Numbered from the stretch's first letter, positions 1 to 10,652 are shown. The stretch is DNA of 64,000 nt from a bacterium (GCA_965218795.1 OZ244653.1:4896001-4960000), one strand, 5' to 3'. Made by a program: numbers and translations. Notes: generated by a model not told the origin, from the sequence alone.

Positions 1-1
1 G

Positions 2-1912
2 GTCGAGCCTCGGGCCATCTCTTCCCTGTTCCATGGAACGACGGTGACGACAAATGCCCTGCTTCAGCGCAAGTTCGAAGGGCTGGGGCTCGTCGTCACC
101 AACGGCTTTCGGTTTCTCCTGGAAATCGCGAGACAAAGTGTTCCGGACAATTACGGCAATTCCTATTTTTGGGTGAAGCCTGAACGGATCGTTCCCCTAC
201 ATTTTGTCCAGGAAGTGGACGAGCGGCTCGACCCGAATGGAAAGGTCCTGAAACCCCTGAGCGAGAAAAGCGCGGCGCGTGTGGCGAGGTGGTTCAAGAA
301 AAGAGGGGTGCAAAGCGTGGCTGTCTGCCTCCTCCACTCCTACGCGGACCCCCGGCATGAGCAGGCGGTCAGGAAGATCTTCAGGAAGGAATTTCCGGCC
401 GCCTTTATTTCTCTGTCGAGTGATGTCCTGCCGGAATACCGTGAATATGAGCGGGCCATGACGACTTGCATGGACGCGGCCCTGAAACCTCACATCAAGC
501 AATATGTTGACCAGGGCGAAAACCGGGTCCGTGACTTTCTTGGGAACACCCCCTTTCTGGTCATGAAATCCAACGGGGGCGTTATCAGCGCGAGGGACTC
601 CGCCGAGAATCCGATTTCCACGATTTTGTCCGGACCCGCCGCGGGTGCGCTTGCCTGCGCTTTCCTGGCGGAGCGATGCGGGTTCGACCGCGTCATCACT
701 TTCGACGCCGGCGGGACATCCACGGACGTAGCCGTGGTCGAAGGAGGCGAGGTCGCGCGGACCACCCAGACCGTCATCGAAGATTTTACAATCAAAGTTC
801 CCATGCTCGACATCGTGACGGTGGGAACAGGGGGCGGCTCCATCGCATGGGTGAGCACCGAGGGCCGCCTGAAAGTGGGACCCCAAAGCGCGGGTGCTTC
901 CCCGGGGCCTATGTGCTATGGCCGCGGGGGAGGGGAGCCAACGGTGACCGACGCGGCGATGTTCCTGGGCCAGCTCCCTCGAACGTTTCTGGGCGGAGAG
1001 GTTTCACTCCACCTCAATCAGGCCCAAGAGGGTATGCGGAAGCTCGCGAAAACGCTCGGATTGCAACCCCGCGAAGCGGCGACGGGCGTGCTGGAAATCG
1101 CCGCCTGGAATCAGGCGCATGGGATTCGGCGAATGACCATCCAGCGGGGGCGGGATCCGCGCGAATACTCCCTGGTGGCCTTTGGAGGGGCGGGCCCTAT
1201 GATGGCCGGGCGCATTGCCGACGTTTTGGGGATGAAGTCCGTTATTGTCCCGCCATCGCCGGGTGTCGGATCGGCGTTCGGGCTGCAGGTGGTTGATCTG
1301 AAGAATGATTACGTTCGGACCGTGACTCAGCGCGAGGACCAAATCGATCTCAAAGCCATTGATCATGCCTTTCGGGAGATGCAGCGGGAGGCGGCGAAGG
1401 ATCTGAAGCGAGAAGGCCTGACCCTCAAGGGGACCACGTATGCCCGGAGCATGGATCTGCGATATTTTGGCGAGGCGCAGGAGATGGAAGTCCCTTTGAC
1501 CGGATCCAGGATCACGGAAAAATCTCTTCGGGACGCCATAGAGGATTTTCACCAGCGGTACCTCGCTCTGTTCCGGCATGGGTATCGGAACGAGACGCCC
1601 GTGGAGATTGTCAACCTGCGGCTATCGGGCATCGGGTCTCTGGGCAGGCCCAACCTGAAAAAGGTCGCCCAGAGCGGTCCCAGTCCCATGGACGCTTACA
1701 AGTCCGCCCGACTGATCTATTTTAAAGAGACCGGGTTGCTGGAATGCCGCACCTATCACCGGGACAAGCTCCTGGCCGGGAACTTCATTGACGGGCCTTC
1801 CGTCGTGGAGGATTACGGCTCCACGACGGTGATCCTGCCGGAACAGAGCGCGCGGGTGGACCCCTTCGGAAATCTCGTCATCACACCGAAGCCATCAGGA
1901 AAAAGGGTATGA
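2..1912 (+). CDS. Hydantoinase/oxoprolinase family protein, A (ATP-binding) subunit; 5' end lies outside the window
   Basis: Frame is open from position 2 and reads HGTTVTTNALL. Motifs SGPAAG, FDAGGTSTDV, GTGGGSIA, GPQSAGASPGP and AFGGAG are present. Confidence 0.93.
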   Translation, partial: VEPRAISSLFHGTTVTTNALLQRKFEGLGLVVTNGFRFLLEIARQSVPDNYGNSYFWVKPERIVPLHFVQEVDERLDPNGKVLKPLSEKSAARVARWFKKRGVQSVAVCLLHSYADPRHEQAVRKIFRKEFPAAFISLSSDVLPEYREYERAMTTCMDAALKPHIKQYVDQGENRVRDFLGNTPFLVMKSNGGVISARDSAENPISTILSGPAAGALACAFLAERCGFDRVITFDAGGTSTDVAVVEGGEVARTTQTVIEDFTIKVPMLDIVTVGTGGGSIAWVSTEGRLKVGPQSAGASPGPMCYGRGGGEPTVTDAAMFLGQLPRTFLGGEVSLHLNQAQEGMRKLAKTLGLQPREAATGVLEIAAWNQAHGIRRMTIQRGRDPREYSLVAFGGAGPMMAGRIADVLGMKSVIVPPSPGVGSAFGLQVVDLKNDYVRTVTQREDQIDLKAIDHAFREMQREAAKDLKREGLTLKGTTYARSMDLRYFGEAQEMEVPLTGSRITEKSLRDAIEDFHQRYLALFRHGYRNETPVEIVNLRLSGIGSLGRPNLKKVAQSGPSPMDAYKSARLIYFKETGLLECRTYHRDKLLAGNFIDGPSVVEDYGSTTVILPEQSARVDPFGNLVITPKPSGKRV

Positions 1913-3762
1913 GCCGAACCATTGATCCCGTCATCCAGGAGATTGTCGAGGGGAGCATCCTGGCCGCCGAACGGGAGATGGAGGACCTGGTGGAACGGAC
2001 CGCCCGGTCTCCCATGATTCGCGACCAGCACGACTACCGGGTGGGATTGTTTGACCGGCATGGCAATAAATTGACCGGCCGGTCCTATTCAGCGGTGGTC
2101 GATCCGATCCTGAACAACTTCCCGATCGAGACGATGCGGGAAGGCGACGTCTTCCTGTACAACGATTGTTATCTCTCCGAGGGGGGGATCGGCCACCTCC
2201 CGGATCTTTGCAGCACCGTTCCGATTTTCTACGCAGCTCAGGTTGTGGCCTTCGCCGTGGTTTTTGGCCACCACGACGACATTGGCGGGATGGTGCCGGG
2301 GAGCATGCCCACGTACGCGACCGAGGCCTTCCAGGAGGGAATCATGATCCCCCCGATCCGCCTCTATGACGCCGGAACCCTCAACAAAGCCGCTTACGAT
2401 ATCCTTTTTCGGAATTCCCGCCTGGGGGAACATCTTCGGGCGGATATCGACGCGGAGATCGGCGCCTGCCGGGCAGGGGCTGAACGGGTCGTCGAGCTCT
2501 TCGGCCGTTACGGAAAGGAGACGGTCTTCGCCTGCTTCGACGCACTGCTCGATCGCTGTGAAGAGGTCGTCTCCAGAGAGCTTCTATCGAAAATCCCAGA
2601 CGGCTCCTATGCCTGGGAAGACTACATCGAAAACGACGGTGTCGTGCCGGATCAAGTCCACAAGATTCGTCTGACCATGACCAAGAAGAAGGGCAAGCTC
2701 GTGCTGGACTTCTCCGGCACCGATCCCCAGGCTCAGGGACCGGTGAACTGGCCCGGGAACTACGCCGGTGGAAAGTTTCTCAAGAAGTGGATCGGGCCCA
2801 TTCTTCGGAACCTTGCCGATACGCCGGAGCGCGCCAATGAGATCGACATCAACGAAGGCGTGTGCCGGCTGATGGAAGTCAAATTCCCCCCCGAAGGGAC
2901 ACTGATCACACCGAAATTTCCCGCCCCCACGAATATGAGGATGTTTACCATTCTGCGTCTTCTCGGCATTTTTTCCGCCTGCATTGCCAAATCGGTCAAA
3001 GGAAAGATGCCGGCCGACCAGGAGACGATTCGCATCTGGGGGTTGCACGGATGGGGGGCTGAAGGGGAATTCTTCATCTTTCGCGAGGTCCTGGGGGGCG
3101 GCTCTGGGGGCCGGTACTACGCGGACGGAGAGGATGCCATCCATGTTGTCCCGAATTCACGGAATTTGCCCGCCGAGTTTTCCGAGACCCGCTATGCCGT
3201 ACGGGTCGACAAGCTTGCCCTTTGCCCAGACTCCGGAGGTCCCGGAAAGCGGCGGGGGGGCCTGGGGTACTTGAAGGAATTCACCGTCTTGTGTGATGCG
3301 GGAGTCTTTTCTTTGGCGGATCGATCCAGGTTGGCGTGTTGGGGCGTGAGCGGTGGAAAGGCCGGCGGCAATTACCGGATCATTCTCAATCCGGGGACGA
3401 AAAAAGAGCGCGAGCTACCCGCCTTGTGCGACAACGTCCGTGTCAAGAAAGGGGACCGCGTCCGGGTCATGACGACCGGTGGGGGCGGGTGGGGCAACCC
3501 TCTGGACCGGGAACTCGAGCGCGTCCGGATGGATGTGATGCAAGGGAAGGTGACCCGGGAAGGGGCCAGGCTGGATTATGGTGTGGTCATGGGGCCGGGC
3601 GAGGAATGCCCGGTGGATGGAGAGGCGACGGGAGCCCTCCGCAAAAAGCTTCGAAAAATCAGGAAATACCAGTTTATCGACCGAGGGGAGTACTACGAAA
3701 AAGTCGTTCGGAAGGGAACAAGAAGAAGTCCACCGAAGAAAAAAGTCGCGGCCGGACGTTAG
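1909..3762 (+). CDS. Hydantoinase B/oxoprolinase family protein (metal-binding subunit)
   Basis: Motifs RSPMIRD, GHLPD, HHDDIGG..PGS, SGGPG..RGGLG and GGGGWGNP. ATGA overlap with the A-subunit stop. Confidence 0.93.
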   Translation: MSRTIDPVIQEIVEGSILAAEREMEDLVERTARSPMIRDQHDYRVGLFDRHGNKLTGRSYSAVVDPILNNFPIETMREGDVFLYNDCYLSEGGIGHLPDLCSTVPIFYAAQVVAFAVVFGHHDDIGGMVPGSMPTYATEAFQEGIMIPPIRLYDAGTLNKAAYDILFRNSRLGEHLRADIDAEIGACRAGAERVVELFGRYGKETVFACFDALLDRCEEVVSRELLSKIPDGSYAWEDYIENDGVVPDQVHKIRLTMTKKKGKLVLDFSGTDPQAQGPVNWPGNYAGGKFLKKWIGPILRNLADTPERANEIDINEGVCRLMEVKFPPEGTLITPKFPAPTNMRMFTILRLLGIFSACIAKSVKGKMPADQETIRIWGLHGWGAEGEFFIFREVLGGGSGGRYYADGEDAIHVVPNSRNLPAEFSETRYAVRVDKLALCPDSGGPGKRRGGLGYLKEFTVLCDAGVFSLADRSRLACWGVSGGKAGGNYRIILNPGTKKERELPALCDNVRVKKGDRVRVMTTGGGGWGNPLDRELERVRMDVMQGKVTREGARLDYGVVMGPGEECPVDGEATGALRKKLRKIRKYQFIDRGEYYEKVVRKGTRRSPPKKKVAAGR

Positions 3763-3939
3763 GGGTCTGGGGTCGCCGCCCGAATGCTCGATGGCTGGAA
3801 GGTTCACCCCATCAGCCCTCGATCGTTGCCTCGCGATGAACTCCTTCCGGACTCCCAGCGCCGGTCTGAAACATCCCGGCTCGTGTTCGGCGGAGTGGGT
3901 TATCTCGCCTCATGGTCTCTCCCGGCGACTTGAAAATGA

Positions 3940-5295
3940 ATGAAAAATGCAGTGGGGCGAACTGAAATGGATTCGGAAGCGCACTTTTCTCTGATCTCGG
4001 CGGAGGCGGAAAAGCGGCGGGAGGAGACCGTCCGAATTCGGCGGGATTTTCATCGTCATGCCGAACGCGGCTGGCTGGAGTTTCGTACGACTGCGGTCCT
4101 GGCTTCCCGATTGAAATCTCTCGGATATCAAGTTCAGATCGGACCGCAGGTGATCGATTCCCGTTCTCGAATGGGCGTACCTTCCGAGGAGGAAATCGAT
4201 GAAGCCTGTCATTGGGCTTTGAAGCAGGGGGCGGAAAAAGCCTGGGTTTCTGAAATGCAGGGGGGGTTCACCGGGGTCGTCGGGGTCTTGGAAGGCGATG
4301 GGGACGGCCCTACGGTTGCGATGAGGTTCGACATCGATGCCAACTCAGGGGAGGAGGCCCAGGATGACGGGCACCGACCCTTCCGCGATGAATTTTCTTC
4401 CATCAACCCGGGGGTGATGCACAACTGCGGTCATGATGGACACGCCACAATCGGGATCACGGTTGCTTCCCTGCTTGCGAACAACCGAAACCTTTGGAGG
4501 GGCCGACTGAAGATTGTTTTCCAGCCCGCTGAGGAGGGCGGGCGGGGTGCGTTGCCCATGGTCGAAGCGGGCGTGGTTGATGATGTGGATTATTTTTTGG
4601 CCCCCCATTTGGGCGTCCGCGCCAACCGGACGGGCAAAGTGGTGTGCGGGGTCAAAGGATTTCAGGCGACGACCAAGCTGGACGCAACATTCACGGGCCG
4701 GAGCGCTCACGCTGGACTTGAGCCCGAGGCGGGACGAAATGCCTTAACGGCGGCCGCGACGGTCCTCCTCCAGCTCCAGGCCATACCCCGCAACAGTCAG
4801 GGCCACACGCGAATCAATGTGGGGATGATGGAGGGAGGGTCCGGCCGAAACATCATCCCCGACCGAGCCGTGGTGAGGCTCGAGACTCGGGGCGAGACCG
4901 AGGCCCTGGATTCCTACATGCAGGAGCGCGCTCACGAGATTCTCGAGGCCGGCGCCAAGATGCACGGCGTAAAAGTACAGATCGAAAAAATGGGCCGGAC
5001 CATCTCGGGAAGAAGCGATCCTGAAATGCAGAATCTCGTATCCGAAGTGGCGTCCAACCTCCCGGATTTCGACGAGATCGTTTTGGAAGAAGAATTCGGC
5101 GCCGGGGATGATGCAGCCATCATGATGGACCGTGTCCAGCAGGCAGGGGGGAAGGCCGCATATCTTGTCCTCGGCACAGAACTGCCCGGCGGTCACCATA
5201 CCCCTTTCTTCGATTTCAACGAGGATGTCCTAGTCTCCGGTACGAAACTCTTTTCCGCCGTCGTGAGTCGGCTGACTCACGGTCCCGGCGGCTAA
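3940..5295 (+). CDS. M20D-family amidohydrolase, AbgA (p-aminobenzoyl-glutamate hydrolase A)-like
   Basis: Motifs RRDFH..AE.GW.EF.T, RFDIDA, MHNCGHDGH, FQPAEEG, AHAG..PE.GRNA and GHH..FDFNE, with the AbgA-type N-terminal insertion. Confidence 0.85.
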   Translation: MKNAVGRTEMDSEAHFSLISAEAEKRREETVRIRRDFHRHAERGWLEFRTTAVLASRLKSLGYQVQIGPQVIDSRSRMGVPSEEEIDEACHWALKQGAEKAWVSEMQGGFTGVVGVLEGDGDGPTVAMRFDIDANSGEEAQDDGHRPFRDEFSSINPGVMHNCGHDGHATIGITVASLLANNRNLWRGRLKIVFQPAEEGGRGALPMVEAGVVDDVDYFLAPHLGVRANRTGKVVCGVKGFQATTKLDATFTGRSAHAGLEPEAGRNALTAAATVLLQLQAIPRNSQGHTRINVGMMEGGSGRNIIPDRAVVRLETRGETEALDSYMQERAHEILEAGAKMHGVKVQIEKMGRTISGRSDPEMQNLVSEVASNLPDFDEIVLEEEFGAGDDAAIMMDRVQQAGGKAAYLVLGTELPGGHHTPFFDFNEDVLVSGTKLFSAVVSRLTHGPGG

Positions 5296-5697
5296 GGACG
5301 GGCTTCTCCCCCACCGTATGCCGGCGGATGTATCCCGACATCAGTGAGCCCTGCAATCACGCGGAAGCGATGGCCGAGACCGAGACCGATGTGTCGGATG
5401 AGGCGGTGGCATCAACTCCAAGGATGTGGTTTCAAGGTCAGAATTGCTCGATTCTTCCTTTGAGGTGATCCTGCTTTTGAACTGCCCCGCAATCTTGTGG
5501 AAGATATGACCGAACAAAGGGAATTTCCGGATTTCGAAGAGAAGCGGTTGTATCATCGGGAGGGATGGAGAAGGCAGGTCGTTGGGGCGTGGAGCGAGAA
5601 GACCTTCCAGATGTCCAGATCAAACGGCTCCGTCACCCGGCCCATGCCTGTCTATCCCTTGTATTTGATTGAACAGCGATTTGCCGGTCTTACAGTT

Positions 5698-6549
5698 TCA
5701 TAGCTTGAGCAGCCTTCTCGCGTTTTCAATAAAGATGTTCCCTCTCAGTTCTTCTTTAAAACCAGCATCCTCATAGTCCTTCATCCACCGTTCCGGTGAG
5801 AGGACAGGATAATCCGAGCCAAAGAGAACACGGTCTCCCAGAGCGAAGTTTGTGTAGTGGACGAGAGATGGGGGGAAATACTTCGGGGACCAGCCGGAGA
5901 GGTCGATATAGACGTTCGATTTATGCATTGCGACCGCCAGCATCTCATCCTGCCAGGGCCAAGCGGGATGGGCGCCGATAATGGTCAATCCCGGGAAATC
6001 AGCCGCCACGTCGTCAACATACGGGATGGGGCGAACAAACTTCAGTTTCATCCCCAACCCGCCCGGCGCCCCTGCGCCGATCCCGCACATCCCGATGTGA
6101 AACAGGCAGGGGAGTTCGTGCTCCTCGCATTTGGCCCAAAGGGGATAAAAACGTTGATCGTTGGGGTAGAAGGCTTGCTCGGCGGCGTGAAACTTCATGC
6201 CTCGGAGACCTAAATCCTTAATGCGGTCGACGATTTCCAAGGCACGTTTTCCTTTCCAGGGATCGACGCTGCCAAAACCCATGAATACGTCGGGATGCTT
6301 CTTGACGGCGGCGGCCACATGCTCATTGGATACGGGCGGGGTACCAAAATTGCTCTCGCAGTCGAGCGCCAACAGAACGGCTTTCATGTTGAGTGAGCGG
6401 TAGTAATCCGCCGTGACGTCCAGGCTTTCAACGGTCATTTTCCGACGAAAGTACTTTTCCGCATGATCAAAAAATCTTCCCAAAAAATTCACATGGGCTT
6501 CATCGGCTGGGTGAACATGAATGTCAATGGCCTTGAGGTCGTCGCTCAT
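5698..6549 (-). CDS. Amidohydrolase_2 family metal-dependent hydrolase (CouO/LigW-like fold)
   Basis: Motifs IDIHVH, GMKFH, LFHIG, GAHPAWPW, DLSGWSPKYF and FGSDYP. Confidence 0.88.
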   Translation of the reverse strand: MSDDLKAIDIHVHPADEAHVNFLGRFFDHAEKYFRRKMTVESLDVTADYYRSLNMKAVLLALDCESNFGTPPVSNEHVAAAVKKHPDVFMGFGSVDPWKGKRALEIVDRIKDLGLRGMKFHAAEQAFYPNDQRFYPLWAKCEEHELPCLFHIGMCGIGAGAPGGLGMKLKFVRPIPYVDDVAADFPGLTIIGAHPAWPWQDEMLAVAMHKSNVYIDLSGWSPKYFPPSLVHYTNFALGDRVLFGSDYPVLSPERWMKDYEDAGFKEELRGNIFIENARRLLKL

Positions 6550-6844
6550 GACTCAGTTCCTTCCCGGCGGAAATCCCTCCCGCTCTTGATCAGCTGCCGC
6601 GGCATTTTCCGGCCTCATTGGGGTCGTATCTCTTCTGTTTCCGTGGCTTTCGGTGAGCGGCTAACCGCCTGTCCAACTCAATCCATGTTCGGAGGCATTT
6701 CCCTCTGAGTGCGTGCGACCATGCTCTGCAACAGATGGGCCTCGCCTCGCGGCGGCTCGCTCGATCCAATACGATAATTGACAGCGGTTTGCGGTGTCCA
6801 GGACTCGGGTACAGAAGTGGACCCTCGCAAGGGGAACTCCCCCG

Positions 6845-6933
6845 TGAACCACCGTCGTGTGGTCATTGCGTATCCCTCCCTCAGTCGGTGGAATACACCT
6901 TAGCAAACTGTCCAAGATAGTGGGACCACCTCA
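6845..6933 (+). mobile_element. Remnant right end of an IS3-family element
   Basis: AAACTGTCCAAGATAGTGGGACCACCTCA (6905-6933) resembles an IS3 terminal IR. It is preceded by degenerate NHRR...VEY codons like an OrfB C-terminus. Confidence 0.5.
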
Positions 6934-7338
6934 TCATTCTCTTCTCCAGGCTTACTGTCGAGCGTTTCTCAGACTGGAAGCCCCGACTGCTCCTTCCGAA
7001 AGATGCTTTGGCGCGATAGTCTTGAGGTTCGTCGGAAGCGAGAGATTTTTGACGGGGCTGATTGGCCAAGCGATTAAGTTCTACCTGCGCATCATCTCGA
7101 CCAGTTTCAAGTGCGCCATCTTAAGGATGGGGCGTGCGTGACGAGAATTGCCGCCTCCCCCGACGATGAGGCGGATCGTACGAGTCCTGTCGGATCGTAT
7201 CACGGGTACGGGTCATGCCGAGATTGCGGATCAGGGCGACGCGAAGACTTTGCTCTGTCTGAAACCGATGGGGACCATCGCGCATCAGCAGCTGACGCGG
7301 GGAACGTCGAATTCCCGAATCACGACGGACGTGCGGAG

Positions 7339-8208
7339 TCAGTGACCGAACAGGTATTTCAGGGTGATCATCAGGGACCAATGGTTCATACCTCTGATTT
7401 TGGTGAGGTTGGTCAGGCCGTCAACGGGATGCTCTACATAGCTGCTTGTGTCCTCGATGTCCCCCACGTGAGTATAGGCCAGCTTCAAGCCGAGCAGGGT
7501 CTTGTTGCTCAGGCTGTAGTCGGCGCCGGCGTACAGGTGTTTGGCGAGGGCGGTACCGGACAGGTCGACGTCCTGCCGGCTGTTGAACGATTGCAGTGGA
7601 GGGTCCGAAGGACGCTGCGTACCCTTGTAATCGCTTTGAAAACGCAGGTTGGACACCTTGACGAACGAGAGGCCCAGTCCGGCGCCGAGGTAAGGAATCA
7701 CTCGGTTGGCCACGGTCGGGAAATCGTAGTAAAGGTTGAGCGACAGCGTGCGCGTCGTCAGATCGCCGATTGAGGTCATGGAGTTGGATCGAATGTCGTT
7801 TCCGGCATCCCTGATGGATGTTCCATCCAGATAGCTGATTCCAGAGAATTTCTGCTCAATATCATTTTTTCGCTGGCTGGCTGACAATTCCAGGCGCGCG
7901 CCATCGAACATGTAGCCGATTGCACCTTCGAACGCAACGCCGGTATCCGCTTCCAGGTCGTAGCGCCAGCGATAGCCGTCGGGCATTCCGCCGGGGCGAT
8001 GACTGCAATCGTCATTCGGATAACAGATCGTGTCCCGGTTGCGGCCCGCCTGCTCCATGCCGGAAGACCAATTCGCCCCGACGCCCGCGCCCACGTACCA
8101 CCCGGACCGCTGCGGCTCTCCGGCCGCGTTCCCGCCCGACGCGCCGAGCACAATGCAGACCCCCAGTATGCCCAGTATGGCGCGCAACATCGCCGATGAC
8201 AGCTGCAT
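7339..8208 (-). CDS. Outer-membrane beta-barrel protein (OmpA-TM/Opa/Msp2-like) with signal peptide
   Basis: Start re-called at the ATG at 8208, which has a GGAGG RBS. Signal peptide, beta-strand motifs GWYVGAGVG, ARLELS, NLYYDF and PYLGAGLG, and a C-terminal LKYLF. Confidence 0.8.
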   Translation of the reverse strand: MQLSSAMLRAILGILGVCIVLGASGGNAAGEPQRSGWYVGAGVGANWSSGMEQAGRNRDTICYPNDDCSHRPGGMPDGYRWRYDLEADTGVAFEGAIGYMFDGARLELSASQRKNDIEQKFSGISYLDGTSIRDAGNDIRSNSMTSIGDLTTRTLSLNLYYDFPTVANRVIPYLGAGLGLSFVKVSNLRFQSDYKGTQRPSDPPLQSFNSRQDVDLSGTALAKHLYAGADYSLSNKTLLGLKLAYTHVGDIEDTSSYVEHPVDGLTNLTKIRGMNHWSLMITLKYLFGH

Positions 8209-8359
8209 GACAACACCTCCCGTCTGATTCGATGATTCGGACAAATGCGAGCGGTATGCTCGAAGTCGGCTGTGTATCATACCTGAACCGGCGGCAACCG
8301 CTGCTCTGCCCGAGTCCAGGCGAGGTTGACATTCGGCATCCATAGCCTCGCGTATGAGG

Positions 8360-8578
8360 TCAGTCGAGTCCGCCACGCAGCCACCGGGCCAGCGCCTTGT
8401 TCGGAGAAGGGATCTCCCTCACAGACGTATCGTAGTCGTCTTCCCACCCTCATTCAGAGAGACCAGTGAGGAGCATGAGGTTCAGGGGATAATCTTCGAA
8501 GTCTATGCATCTTCTGACATCGTCGCGGAAGAGAAAAGTCTTTTTCCCGAGGCGGATCGCGACGCCGAACTCTACCAT
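8360..8578 (-). pseudogene. C-terminal remnant of a nucleoside 2-deoxyribosyltransferase-like gene
   Basis: Manual translation gives MVEFGVAIRLGKKTFLFRDDVRRCIDFEDYPLNLMLLTGLSE*GWEDDYDTSVREIPSPNKALARWLRGGLD. Internal stop at 8450-8452 and no N-terminal half. Confidence 0.6.
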
Positions 8579-8909
8579 CCAGGAGCGGCGGTGAATCGTG
8601 TCAAGTCCAAAAGCGTACTATTCCGACACCAAAAAGACCCGACGGGACCGGCCTTCGGTTCAGGCAATGGACCGGGGGACGGGCGTTTCTCTCATGTCCC
8701 CGGCCCCAGTGATTTTCGTTTATATTTCGTATAATATGGGACATCTTCACAACCTGTCAAGGGGTTTTTCGTCTTTATTTTGTTTTTCCGGGGGTTTCAG
8801 GCAGTCAAAAAAATTTTCCAGGGTGTACCAAAACCAGCGGTTGGAACGAACGCCGCAACGACCTTGGGGCGTTGTCCCCGCGATCAAGCCGGTGGATGAG
8901 ACAACGGAA

Positions 8910-8945
8910 AAGGGAACCCGTGTCCTGCGGTTCTGGAACAATGAG
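8910..8945 (+). pseudogene. Very short remnant resembling the DUF559/Vsr-like endonuclease C-terminus
   Basis: KGTRVLRFWNNE matches the G-x-x-VLRFWN-N-E signature; nothing else of the gene is visible. Confidence 0.35.
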
Positions 8946-9259
8946 ACGGTGACCCATGCAGAGGGTAAGGGCCATCATGGACCCACTTGATTCCGCCGCC
9001 GGCTATGAAGCATGGACCGATGTGCTCAAGCTGCGCGGCGGCGAGACGTTCTGACGAGATATTGGTGATGCGATCAAGGAAAACGGGTTTCCACGTCTTT
9101 GCGGCGGCGAGTACACGAGCATGCCATGCGCTCCCCGTCAAGTCGTGACCCGCTGAGGTGTTTTTTCCCGGCCGAAGGCACTCGTCCAAAACCATGGCGT
9201 AGGAGAGGGGATGTAGAAAAGGATTGTAAACTGAGAGGTGATAGGTTACATTCATGTAA

Positions 9260-9538
9260 ATGATCGTCCGCTTCCGGCATAAGGGACTCCAGCTTCTCTA
9301 CGAGAAGGGGGACCGGTGGCGGGTGCCGCCAGCATACGTCGCTAAAATCGAGCGTATTCTGGCACGTCTCGATGAGGCGACGGGGCCCACGAACATGGAT
9401 CTGCCGGGCTTCCGGCTGCATCCGTTGAAGGGCGACCTTGCCGGCTACTGGTCGGCCAGCGTGTCCGGCAACTGGCGCATCGTGTTTCGCTTCGAGGGCG
9501 TGCGTGCCAGCGACGTGGACCTGGTCGATTACCACTGA
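9260..9538 (+). CDS. higB: Type II TA toxin, HigB (RelE/ParE superfamily, plasmid-killer type)
   Basis: Motifs [31 protein letters not shown] and a DYH end. Toxin-first order. Confidence 0.93.
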   Translation: MIVRFRHKGLQLLYEKGDRWRVPPAYVAKIERILARLDEATGPTNMDLPGFRLHPLKGDLAGYWSASVSGNWRIVFRFEGVRASDVDLVDYH

Positions 9539-9552
9539 AGGAGGACCATGAT

Positions 9553-9840
9553 ATGCCGATGAAGAATCCACCCCATCCGGGCCTGTCCGTCCGTCACGAC
9601 TGCCTGGAGCCGTTGGGGCTCAGCGTGACGGAAGCTGCAAAGAAGCTGGGGGTCAGTCGCAAGCAGTTGTCCGATGTGGTCAATGGCCATTCGGGGATCT
9701 CGCCGGAGATGGCGATTCGCCTTGACAAGGCGTTCGGCGGGGACGCGAACACGTGGTACCGTCTGCAGGCGGCCTACGACCTGGCCCAAGCGATGAAACA
9801 AGCCGACCGGATCAAGGTCGAGCGGTTGTCTTTGATATAG
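9553..9840 (+). CDS. higA: Type II TA antitoxin HigA (XRE HTH)
   Basis: Motifs [33 protein letters not shown] and W.RLQ..YDL. Confidence 0.93.
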   Translation: MPMKNPPHPGLSVRHDCLEPLGLSVTEAAKKLGVSRKQLSDVVNGHSGISPEMAIRLDKAFGGDANTWYRLQAAYDLAQAMKQADRIKVERLSLI

Positions 9841-10009
9841 AACAGGGCATGGGCGTAACATTCGATGGGGCTGGTCCTGCGTCCTGCGTTCATCGATTTG
9901 CAGTGAAATGGCATGGGATAAGGGTAAGACACCATCTTTTTCAATATATCCCAGGAATCGGAAACAATGTGTGTGGCGGCGTAAATACTTGAAAAATAGT
10001 CAGATACGA

Positions 10010-10043
10010 CAAGACCCCGATGGGGTCGCCCCTCGGGGTCTTG
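10010..10043. terminator. Inverted-repeat hairpin downstream of tRNA-Asn (possible terminator)
   Basis: CAAGACCCCGA (10010-10020) and TCGGGGTCTTG (10033-10043) form a perfect 11-bp stem. The U-tract is weak. Confidence 0.45.
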
Positions 10044-10082
10044 CGTTAACGAAGGAGCCGCCAAAGTTGGCGGTTGGATATT

Positions 10083-10158
10083 TGGCTCCCCGGGCCGGAC
10101 TCGAACCAGCGACATGGTGGTTAACAGCCACCCGCTCTGCCAACTGAGCTACCGGGGA
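10083..10158 (-). tRNA. tRNA-Asn (GTT)
   Basis: 76-nt cloverleaf: TCCCCGG/CCGGGGA acceptor stem, GCTC/GAGC D-stem, GGTGG-CTGTTAA-CCACC anticodon arm, TTCGAGT T-loop and encoded CCA. Confidence 0.98.
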
Positions 10159-10224
10159 ACTGAGGTTTCCACAAATTCACTTCGATTGGCGGCAATACAC
10201 GCGCCGCCTCCCGAACGCTGCAAA

Positions 10225-10253
10225 AATATGACGCCTCGCCCAGCCAAAGTCAA
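10225..10253 (-). promoter_or_regulatory. Sigma70-type promoter for tRNA-Asn
   Basis: TTGACT-N17-CATATT on the minus strand, ~65 nt upstream of the tRNA. Confidence 0.55.
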
Positions 10254-10539
10254 GGCAGAGGCCTGCTGAGGCCTCCTCTCTCGGCCTGCGGACGCCGCCC
10301 AACCGTTCAGATACACGGTCTGGAAAAAATCGGGACGCCCGATGTCGGTGATGAGGCGGCCTCCGGCCTCACTGTCGGCGTGGGAGGGAACGTGACACGT
10401 CTTTCCTTCGAAGGCGGACCGAACCGACAACAGGGCCAAGCCGCTCTCACAGGTCGCGCGATTCTTGCCATAACGTACGCGGCTCGGATGTCGAACATGG
10501 ATTGCGGCGCGATGACATGCGACAGTTCCCGGCGCACCA

Positions 10540-10652
10540 GACCGTCAAATCCGCAGGCGCTCAACGAACGCGATTCCGTATGTCGCCGGCACGGGTTGCA
10601 AATGGCGCGGCCTCTCCGTCGGCTTGGCAACTGGCATACCATCTACATGCGG
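10540..10652 (+). mobile_element. Degenerate IS5-family transposase N-terminal remnant
   Basis: Frameshifted SNPQALN...HG(C)KWRGL...GNWHTIYMR, resembling the IS5 (DUF4096) N-terminus. Confidence 0.55.

Noticed and set aside
5478-5703. 68-aa ORF and a TGAACTGCCCC IS-end-like motif
   Set aside because: No protein motif, partner IR or transposase was found; too weak to call.
8450-8452. In-frame TGA in the NDT-like fragment as selenocysteine
   Set aside because: It is not at a Cys-type catalytic position and the gene lacks its N-terminal half, so ordinary decay explains it.
10083-10110. attL/attR duplication of the tRNA-Asn 3' end
   Set aside because: I found no second copy by eye and there is no integrase in the window.
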